A stretch of 54,079 nt of DNA, counting the filler, from Sphacelaria rigidula (Eukaryota): the NCBI GenBank assembly GCA_964200075.2. It is 4 parts of 4 records of this genome, joined end to end, with 100 filler letters (N's around TTAATTAATTAA, not from the genome) between each part and the next. Parts side by side here need not be neighbours in the genome. Positions count along the whole stretch, not along the records: positions 1 to 13,447 come from CAXNAA020002880.1; 3 more parts are not named here. One strand, given 5' to 3'. Below are positions 1 through 10,236 of the stretch, piece by piece; the first letter of the stretch is position 1; every line of letters starts with the position of its first letter. A program made the position numbers and the translations under genes. The notes beneath the pieces were generated by a model. It did not search any database, was not told where the DNA came from, and was given only the letters and a program-made list of their open reading frames with translations.

Positions 1-486
1 ACCGCGGGGGTAGGGAAGGGAGGGGGGGGCAAAAAACTTTTCTCTATTTTCTACCAACCCCTTTTTGGGGCAAGTCCGCCCCCCCCCCCCCCCCCCCCCG
101 GGATTCTAGGGAAGAGAAATTGTGGTAGGTGTTGTTAGCGTGTGACTGTCTTATAGTAGTACGCCTGTTCTCTGTTCGAAATCTGCCCGTCACGAGGTTA
201 ACGCAGGACGGTATTGACCTCCGCCGTGGAGTCTGCACAATAATCTCGATGGCTTGTTCCACTGATGATGGTCCACGTTGTCAAACAAGCGACGGAAAAC
301 AGCACACCAAGCCTGCATTACATACCACACCCGCAGTGACGCAAGTCGACCCCCAGCGCTATGTGACGAAATTCGCGAGAACTGTTCCCTATTGGAGAAC
401 TGTTCCCCATCCGCCCTTCCTCCTGAACGCCGCCCTGTTCGTCATCTTCACTATAAACGCGCATCTTGACGCTCTCCTTTTTTCAG

Positions 487-2524
487 CAGTGGATCAACGA
501 AGGCTCTCTCTTTAGAAACGAGGCACCTTCACACGGTAGCGAACTGGATGGGGTCGGCGTCAGCACGCGCCAACCCCCCCTGCGTCCCAGCGGCAGAAGC
601 GAACTCTTCCAGGCGGGTACCGTGGACCAGGATCTTGACCCAGTGGCGGCTGTCCGTGCCGCCACAGCCAGGGATGGGCGAAGGCGAGAGGCGAAACGGG
701 CTAGGTGAGCACTCCTAGAGGGTACACGCTGATTTGGGAGGCCGCAGCGGTCCAACAAACGGCGGGAAATACAGCGTTGTGGTTGCTCCTCTGTCGCCTG
801 GTGCTCTCGATACTCAGTACTGTTATGTGCCTTATGAACCCTTCTGGAACCGTTGATGGAAAAATGACGATTTACAATTGATGTTTTCTTGTGCAAGATA
901 TGGTTATTTTTCTGCAACTGTTGACGGAGCAGACCACCAAAATGGCGCACCACTCTAGGTTCAAGTACATCAATGTGACAGATTCGTGCACCGAACTCCA
1001 AGTGACGTTCTCCTGGTGCGAAAGCTCGTATATGGGAGTTTGTACTGTTTTTCGCGAGTTCCAAAAGGGTTAACGTACACTCCGAGATTGTTTGTGTCAG
1101 TGTGACGTATTGGTTCGTGGATGTTGTTGTCATCCATCTGCTTCTGCCTGAATACAGGCACAGGCTCCGGGCTGAGATGACACGTGACGGTGCCCGCACG
1201 AAGGTGGCAAGGCCGATGGAATATGCCGGGTAGGCGCTATGCGGAGTGTGCGATCTGTCGGGGGTTTGTACTCATGATCATGCATGCCATAGTCATAAGA
1301 CCATTGACCTCGCATTCTGTCGGGGGGGGGGGAGGGGGGGGAAGGAGAACGAAACGGCAATATGTGGTGATACGTAGACAACCCTTGTCTCTTCGCGTGT
1401 AATCTTGAATTGTTGGCTAGGTCCCCTCACCGTTTCACAATGTCGCAATTCGGGTATCTGATCGTTCGCAACGTTAGTACCAAAATACCTCACGCCTCCT
1501 TCGCTTTACACTTGATATTTTTGCTCATGCAGAGGAGAGTGCACCGTAGTTGCCTTGGATCTCGATCGAGACGTCCTCCACGTCTGTCACGTCGTGGGCG
1601 GGGAGCCATGTACTTCGCATAAAACAACGCCTCTCGCACAGGTTTGCGCCTACAATGGAACGTGCATCTTTCTCCTCCGGTAGTCTAACGGTCCGACTGT
1701 CAGCATCAGGGTGGAGATAACGGGGGTTCGATTCCCGATGCGTTGGATTTTTTCTTCGAAGTATCTGGCTTCCACCGTTGAAAGCGTGAGTACGTGAGTA
1801 AACAAAGGAGTGGTTGACTTGGTTTGTTTGACGAGAGTTGACGCGGTGCGGGAGTGCTGATAGTCATGACCCAATCCGCGAGACCAAAATGCAAGGCGTG
1901 TACCGGGCAGAGATGGGTTGATCTCCTGAGACCAGAGAGTCGTCCCGAGCAAGGGGATGGGTTCAAACTGTGACGAAAGAAAACTTCGATAGGATAGTGT
2001 CAAGACAACGGTTATGTGTGTCCCACAATGATCATCACCTTGAAGCTCCTTAGATCGGGACCTTGAGTAACAGCTAACGTACTGCCCGCTGTGTGCGCAA
2101 TTCTCACGGTGGCCGGTATGTGGCGGCGCCTGCGATCACTCTTCTGATACCCATACTTCCTCATGAGTTCCCTGCCCTGGTTATCGTGTCCCTTCCTGTT
2201 CTGCAGGTCACCGCGTCGGTGACCAACAGGAATCGGAGCACGGTTATCCTTCGCCGACGCGGCCAGTATCTGGCGTCTGTTGGGCTGGTGGGTCCGGGTG
2301 TTTCGTGTGTTGCATGCACGCAAAAATGTACGGAATGGAACGTACTGTAGCTAACCTGAATCCACACAAAGGCTATGATCCTTTTTACTTACGATCAGGC
2401 TGAGACTGACGATGCTTCTTCGTCTAACGCTTTCAGAACGGTTTGCGCCGCCTTTTTACACGCCAGAGCTACTGAGCAGACGTATCGCCCTTCCCCATGA
2501 CTATCTTGAACAAAAGTGTAACAG
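487..2524 (+). CDS. Putative internal exons of an unknown gene (487-704, 2399-2524)
   Basis: tttcag acceptor and AG|gtgagc donor around an open GC-rich frame (QWINEGSLFRNE...REAKRA). Second exon is atcag|...AACAG|gtatgt with compatible phase 2/2. Exon 2399 could instead be a terminal exon in phase 0. No recognisable homology. Confidence 0.35.
1150..1322 (+). repeat. Dispersed repeat family A, copy 1
   Basis: Core tgtactc..gatcatgcatgcc.tagtcat.agaccattgacctcgcat is shared with 13288-13447 and 42720-42890. Confidence 0.75.
1676..1925 (+). mobile_element. tRNA-headed SINE-like element, copy 1
   Basis: A-box-like TAGTCTAACGG (~1681) and B-box GGTTCGATTCC (~1725), followed by a ~200-bp body homologous to the reverse complement of 33176-33436. 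Confidence 0.65.
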
Positions 2525-3657
2525 GTATGTGTATATCCGTAGACACACACCAGCCGCCGACGCGGGTGGCCTCTCTCACAGCCCGCGACAGTAAAAACAG
2601 AAGGGGACTGAGTGAAACCTTGTATGTATCCGACGACTGCGAATGCCACTGATGGCGTCCAAGAAATCACCCCCGAGCCCCGTGTCCTACATCACTGCCT
2701 ACTGTCGCACCGTAAGGGCGCATGGAGAGAGTTGTGCGGGCAAGCTGCCGCGCATAGGAAACGCTTCGCTGGCATGAGGAACTCCGCCGCTTTACAGACC
2801 GGACATGGATGGAGTGGAGGGGGAGACCGCGGGAGTGATGGTCGTCACGGCCGCCATCGGCACCGCTTTTATTGTCCGGGTGCGATCGAAAGCTGCGTAA
2901 AGGCAGATTCGCACGAGAGAACCAACGAGAGTGGAAATTTCTCTAGGAGGTGGGTCGGGTGGTAGAACGTGGGGATTACACATATTTTCGCAGCCCACAT
3001 GAAGCACTCACCGGCAAACAAGTGGCGTCATTTTCGAAACAATCTTGTCACCAGACGGTACTAGCTACTGCGAGGTACCGCTACTGATCGCTGGCCCATA
3101 AAAACTTGCCAATTAGCTATCGTCGATCTCGTTTTCCACCGCACAGCGTTGTTCCCGCAGCTCCCCGTCGGTTCTTCGGTCCAAAATCATCTGCCACTAA
3201 TATTGCTGGGCAACACTCAAGACCCCGCAGAAATGCACCGATTTCTTCTTCCTGCTGTGTGTGGGAGTGCGGGGCGGAAAAAACGCATGTTTTGGGGGGG
3301 GCACGAGACATCAATGTGGCGGATGGGAGGGCTGCGAGCGAGCTGTCCCTGAACGGATTATCAGCGGCAACAGGGACAGCGAGAATTACTCCTCATGATA
3401 TAGAGTCTGCGTGCACCCCGTTACTGCAGCCAACACCTCCTTTTCGTCGCGCACCCAGGTGGGTCAGCCGTACAGGGCTATCACGTGACGCCACCCATTC
3501 CACCGCATATTTCAGTAACACGCGCGCCTTGCACACACTGCAGCGACTCCTTTGTAGCCGCCTCTCTTCTCCCTCTGCCAGCTGCCATTCCTCGCTCACA
3601 TGTAATCTAAGCGTGGGCCACCACTTCCATCCCGTAATGGGTTTTACTTACCTCCAG

Positions 3658-5435
3658 CGAGTCATCTTGGCGAGCAAGCTCGCACTTGGTTCCCTACTCA
3701 TCGCCGGATGACCGCCACTTAACTGAGGCGAAAACCGGCACTGCGATCACAAAGAGTGCGGGGCAAGAAGAAGGTATCGGAACCAACGAGGGCCGCCACA
3801 CGCTGGCGGACGCCATCGAAAAAAAGTTTGTCACAAGCACGGCCAACTCAGGTCTAGCAAATGCCGCTCTTACTTCATCTACTGGTCGCGCCTGCAGCCG
3901 AGACGGGAAAGTAGCAAGAAACGACGACGGAATTCCTTGCGGGCTCGGCGACACGTTTCGGAGCCAAGAAAACCGACACGATGAGGACCGGTCCGGAACC
4001 CTGACGACTCCGGCGAAGTCGCCATTATGGCACCTCGAACAGCAGCGCGAGAGCGTCACTTCTCCCTCGAAGCAGTGGGCGCTCCCCAACAGGAACCTGC
4101 GCTTGAGCAACTGCTCCGAAGGCTTTTTACCCATCACCACCCGGACGTCCTGGATATCTCCGAGGTCAACTGCGATAAAAGCGGGAGGAAGGTGGTCGTC
4201 AGCGGCTTTTGCCAGTCCGGAATCAGACTCTTACCGCAGTGATGCCGCTGCGAGATGTTCATTTATGGAACTTAAGACGACAGCAAGACGGTCCACCACG
4301 CAAAACACGTCGCCGGCGACCGAAGCGGAAGCAGAGCGAACTTGCTCGGTGAGTGACGTGAAGCGAGAAACTCTTCAAGCAACAAAAAAACAAGTGTGGT
4401 CTCGATTAAAGACATTCAAGGACGTGGCCAAGAGAATTGCGCTCCACGGCACAGATGAGGCTTTTCGTTCCGACGATAGTGATTCATCGTCGACGGCCGT
4501 CGAGTCCGAAGAAGAGGTGGGTAGCGAACAACGCACGTCGGTTCGAAAAAAGTCTGCGGCGGGGAGCGGAGGAGGAGGCAGCACCAGCGAATGGAGGTCT
4601 TCGCAATCGTCGGGGATCTGGGACGACGTTAGTGATGATCTCAGTGACGTTTCCGACAGCAGTGGGTTTATCGACGATAGTCTCGAGGTGAACTGTGAAC
4701 GGCCAGTCTGTTCACCGGGAGCTAAACACGACCGGCGGGGAAATTTCGGAGGGAGCGAAGGAAAAATGATTATTTTGTTGCTTTGTCTTGGGTTTCTCTT
4801 TCGCGCCGATTGGAGTGTACCAAAGAGCGAAGGCGGCGAATTTCTCTGTTAAATCTACAGCTTCCTGTTTCCCCCGCTTTTCGTTCGTGTACGCGCGTGT
4901 CGTGAACTTTGGCGGTATATGGAGTATATTAGGCTTCCATCAAGCACATGACTTTTTGCATTTTCTCTCAAATGAAGGTCCTTTTCCTGCACGGTCACTT
5001 TTGAGGGCGCTCGGCACACGTGCCTATTCATCTCTTGATTCATCTCTTCACATCATGCCGATATTCCCTTCGTATTCCCAAGTACCAGCCACCTGACTCC
5101 CACTCTCACATGTCATGCGCCTTTAACGGAAGGAGGAGCACAGTCAAACGGACGACAGTAGCAGCAGCAGCAGCAGCAGTAGCAGTAGTAGCTCTGCAAG
5201 CATCGAACGCTCCAGCAGTGGTATGGAGACGTCCGAAGATGATGAAGATAATGATACCCCACGAACTCTACCACCTTCCTCCCCGAGAAGAGCGTTTCGT
5301 CCAAACGCATTGGAGCGCTCGCTTTCCGCAGTCCCACCTTCCTCTCCGAAAAGAACGTTCCGTCTAAACGCATTGGAGCGCTCGCTTTCCGCTGTGACAG
5401 GCATCTTGTTCGTGGGACTTTCCGCCCAAGAAGAG
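3658..5435 (+). CDS. Ser/acidic-rich low-complexity protein, partial (exons 3658-4687, 5133-5435; further exons possible)
   Basis: ctccag acceptor, 343 open codons, GAG|gtgaac donor. Next exon cggaag|GAG...GAG|gtgtgt is in phase 0. An internal 63-bp duplication (5271-5396) has 4 of its 7 differences synonymous in this frame. Confidence 0.55.
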
Positions 5436-8400
5436 GTGTGTAAAATACGGTAGGGTACGAACTCGGTAGATAATAAACATCCGTAGTCTATACCGCAGAC
5501 ATGAGGGAACAATACAATTCCCACTATTGAGGGATGAACTAGGCTGAGACCATTCCCTCTACCTCTATCCTTGTTCTCGCTACTCGAACGCACGCCCAAT
5601 GCAGACTGAGCTCGCCGAGCTGATCTCCATATTCGTCGGGCAACCCAATATTCGTATAGCCCACGACGCGCCGAGCGCGTTCAAGGTGCGTGTAATCCAC
5701 ACCTATTTCTTTCGTGTACATTCAATTACTTCGTTGTTCGAGTGAGCTTCCGAAGCCAAATCTCTTTGCATGGTGAGTACACTTTCTGGCAAGCTAAAGT
5801 ATCAATGCACCCCGGTGGCGCTGACGCAGTTGGCGAGGGTTCTTCCCTGGCGCGTGCTGCGTTACAGCAACTGTATCGCCGTGTGTTGGAAGCGTTTGGA
5901 GTTATGACTTCAACGTCGACGGCGAATGCAACGCGATCAAGAGATGTCACTCGTGTATCAACATAAAGGTTGTGCTATGCTGCAGTACATTATTTTGAGT
6001 CGAAAAACTTGTGTAACGTGCATGTCTACCCAGACGCAAAAGTGCGTACCAGGAAACCCCTCGGCCGGAGTTCGAAATCCAACAAAGTGGCATGAGCTGC
6101 CGAGAAGTAGAGCTAACCTCTGGTCTATCCATGCCCCCCCAGCCCCTAACTCCCGCGCTCGTCTCCTTGGCACTCTATCGTGACGTCGTTACTACCTTGT
6201 GCGACAAAACACCACGCGTTCACATGCTGCTCCGAAGACCGTCACCGTCCTTCCCCCGAGTCTAGTCTTGGTGTCGTGGACCATGCTCGGCAACGCTCAA
6301 AACACGCGAAATTTTCTGGCAGAAATGGAAGTAATCAGAGAGGGTCTTCCCGTGGTTGTTATCGGGGCTCAGGGCGACGGCGAGGTGATATCATCAAGAA
6401 TATAAAATGATTTCCGGGGGGAAGGGAAGGGGGCACGGGGGATTGGGTGCTGTTTCAGATATTGGTGTACGTGGACACATATTTGAGACGCCTGCAGCGA
6501 CAATACTCCAAACCACCTGCCTGGATTGATGAAACAAACCTGATGTTTTCTAGAAAAAGGTCAATGGAGTTGTTGCTGTAACTCTTTTGTGCCTGCCCAT
6601 GCGCTTAACGTGGAAGTAGAATATCCGTGCTCGGTGTTCGCTGCCAGTCCAAGTGAGCTTCGTGGACGCCAGCAGCTCCGCTGACGTCAACCACCAAGTT
6701 TACTTGGCGATGTTAAACTTGTGTGCATACCCGGTCCGACAGGACCACTAAGAACTGACCGGGAAAAAAACGGAGTCTGAGACTCTCGAGAAACATTCAC
6801 TTGGCGTTTAAGTGATAGGCTCAATGATGAGCCCACGCAATTTTCTATGCAACGTATCAAGAAATAATGTCCTATATTATGTTTACCACTTTCGAGCCTC
6901 GACCCAAACACATGTTGTTTTGTCTCGGCGGGCCGGATCTGTACACGTGCGTTCATCGCTCAAGCCGCATTTCACCCGAAGAATCCCTGAAAGTAGAAGC
7001 ATTTTGGATACTAACTTTCCTGCATCGTTTGCCTAGCTGCGGTCAGTGTTCATCCATCGTAACTTTTATCATCATGCCGCATCGCCATGCCCAGAGAGAT
7101 ACGAGACCCTTCTCCTTCACACGCATGTCGCATCGCTGACATCCATGCCAACGATCTTGGCCACTTCGTCGCCGCTGTTGTTGCCCGTATTCGGGGTTTG
7201 TTTCGCTGACGGCCTCATAAGTGGCTCCGCATAGAGCTGGAGTCGATGGGAGCTGGCGCTGTTTTGCTTTGGCCGTACGAGAAGGAAGATCTCGATGTGG
7301 GTTGCTTACTTTCAAAGTTCAACTATTACTGTGTCCATCCAGCAGGAAACGTACGGCAGCCACCGAAATTGAAGATGTACTGACAACGTTCGTCACATTT
7401 GGCGTAGGGTGGTTGCAACATGGGTATTATAGTCACTGGTACACGTTATCCGCATTTTCGGGTATCCCAAGGTTATGACACATTGTGGATGAGTCGAAAG
7501 ACGTGCATGCAGCATGAATCGGGATGTGAAACGCATGCGTTGTCGCTTTGTATAATACCCGCCTATATCATCGGCGATCCGTGTTCCCACGGGCTTCAAG
7601 TTGTACGCATGCTGTTCATCTGGCCGATAACCTAGGCACTCTGTAAAATGTGAATAACGTGTATCAGCGGCCTCTCGGTGAAAGAGTCGATCTCTCTGTA
7701 TACAGTATATATACTCATGCACATGAAGCACCCAACAGCAGGCGCAAACGTAAAGTAGAGGTGTGAAAATACACGAGGCTCCATGTACGACAAGGGTCAC
7801 CCGCGTTCAAATGCTGACAGTCTCAATAGTACAGTTATCAGACCCATTTTACACGTGAATTATGTTGCACAAACTTGCGTACAGGATGCCATCCGCAGTT
7901 TTCCACAACCAACCTATCCGTGCGGCCTTCGCTCTACTTCCAATTCGTGCCAATGCTGCTGAAACCTGGCCCTTTTTTCATACAGAGTGTACTGGCGAAG
8001 TGCTTGGCGAGCGCGCAAAAGTCATAGCCCGAGCACACCGACCCTGGCGAAAGAAAAAGGAGGAGGCGCACACATATACCATCAAGATTGCGAACGGATG
8101 TCACATTCGTCTCCTGCGGCGGGCTTCGTGGGTCGTGCCCACCTCAAATTTGCCGAGTTATGGTAGTGTGGTCCTTACCAACGCAGCGAGCGAGGTGTCG
8201 TTTTCGTGCTCTCACCGCAGCAATGAAGCAACCCAAGGAACAAGCATCACATTCCTGACTCGCTAAACATGAAAAAAAACGCAGTTTATGCTTATTTGTT
8301 TGTGCATGGCAACGAGCACCTGTATGCCGGCACGTTACACCCGACACAGGGTCCTTGACTCGGGTCATTTCGTGGAAACTTCGCTCTCCCTCACGAACAT

Positions 8401-8799
8401 GCACAGCCGCTCGCGATGGCAAGCACTCGCATTGGAGTATTTCCCGCGCTTTCGTCAAATGCGCCCGCGTTGACTGCGGCTGAGCCGACTCTACTCAACA
8501 AGTTTCCACGTTCAATGCCTTGCATTGACCCACACAACTATAAGACAAGTGCCATACAGCCACTTCGTGGCGGGCACGGGTGCGTCGATAACCCTCGTGT
8601 ACACCTCTTCTCCAAGTTGTCGCCAAAACGGCGGCACCTCCGCTGACGACGTCAGGAGAGACCCCCAGCACACACATGTTGCACAGGGCTCCCAGTTAGC
8701 TTACTGCAATTAAAGTCGTGATCTTCGTTGTGTTTGACTTGTTCAAAATCCGAGCTTTTCTTGGTCAAGACGTGTTGATCACGTCTGGGGCGACTTTAT

Positions 8800-9160
8800 G
8801 GGGCATGGTGCACATGCAGGATTGCGTCAATATCATGATCGTTCCATGGAAATGGCTTCCGCCCCCCCCCCCAACGCGCCATGGCAGCCTAGTGCTTAGG
8901 TATCATGGATATGTCATAGTACAATACTGCAATAGCACTACAATGGAAAGAACAGCCGCTTAAATCGGAATGAGAGTACCATGGCAGTTCCATGAGTTCA
9001 TCATGGAACTACAATCATCTCACAAGCAATACATCGAAGATCCCGTAGTAACTTCATGAACGCATGATGACTCTACCGCAGCCCCTCATCGTGTACTCGT
9101 GAATGTGCCATGACATAATTCAGCCGCGACGTTTCCACCATGCACCACCATGATATGATC
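8800..9160. repeat. Degenerate CATG/CCATGG-rich repeat
   Basis: High density of catg/ccatgg/catggcag motifs; no long ORF. Confidence 0.45.
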
Positions 9161-10236
9161 TAGTATCGACTGATAGATGCCACACCTTGTAAATAGCACA
9201 AGCAAGTTACAATCACACCAACATGGCCCCTGTTCAAGACTACAACTGCTCGAAGCTGCTCTGGATATCAGCCCCCAAAGAGAGAACGCAACAGGGATTC
9301 CCGGCTTCTAACCATCCGGTCATTGCGTGTGAATTGCATTAAATGGAAGTTCAAGGGTAGACGGAACGACACTAGGCAAGAAGTACGTGTTATTTGGGTA
9401 CTTCAAAAGGAGCGAACATAAATTTATTCCGAACCCCAGTGTCGTACGCGCTACACTAAGTGACCAGGACTCGTGGCAATTTGGCACCGGATTAAGGACG
9501 CGGCGGCGACGGCGAGGGATCATCAGGATCCCCTTCCTCGCTCGAAGAAATCGATGAAGCGCCGCTGTCGTGTTCAGTGCTGCGTCGACGCCGTCGATGA
9601 TAACGGTCGGCGACGGCGGCGGCTACCGCCATGATGGCGGATGTCAGCGAGCGTTGGAGCTTCAGACGACTGGCATCCGTCGCCATCACACACCTGTATC
9701 AGGGAGTAGGATTGGTTGCTTTAGTCGCAACGTTCCAGGTTCAACTGTGATGAAAACGGCAGGAGCGCTGGATAGCGTGAAAGGAAACAGCGTTGTGCCC
9801 AACACATCGCATAGATATATACTATCTTCCCTCGAGAAGCAACAGGCGCATGAGCGTAACAGCTTCAGCAATGCATGTGTGGAATGGAACGCGTGGTATA
9901 CCAGGTATATCAGGCTGCTGGCACGGTGCAGAACCGCTGGACTCGCGCTACTGGCACATGTACATGTAAACAGAAAGGACCAACAGTGGGAGCAGATAGT
10001 GAGCGTCCGGACACGTTTAGAGACCTCAAGCTTGAAAACCCATGTACTTCTACAGTCACCAGATCGCGAGAATTGTATCCACACCAAATAGAATGTATGG
10101 ATCACCCATTTATAGCCGCCAGCGCCTTCCCCACTTCCCCCCGATCTTACATATGGCTGAAACAAAACACGTGGGACATGACTTCAAATTTTACAGTGCT
10201 AGTAAATTTCGGTCGTGACATTTTCACGGTTTGATT

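Noticed and set aside
780..1135. Degenerate LINE reverse transcriptase fragment on the minus strand (LGVYVNP, RHFGGL)
   Set aside because: Only two short motif hints in different frames; cannot be supported without a profile search.
1676..1750. Functional tRNA gene
   Set aside because: A/B boxes are present, but no acceptor or anticodon stems could be paired, and it heads a dispersed repeat.
5793..7300. Further exons of the 3658-5435 gene (LKYQCTPV..., TVTVLPPSL..., SWSRWELALFCFG, SANT-like)
   Set aside because: Splice sites and frames are plausible but ambiguous, and the SANT-like similarity breaks after ~13 residues.
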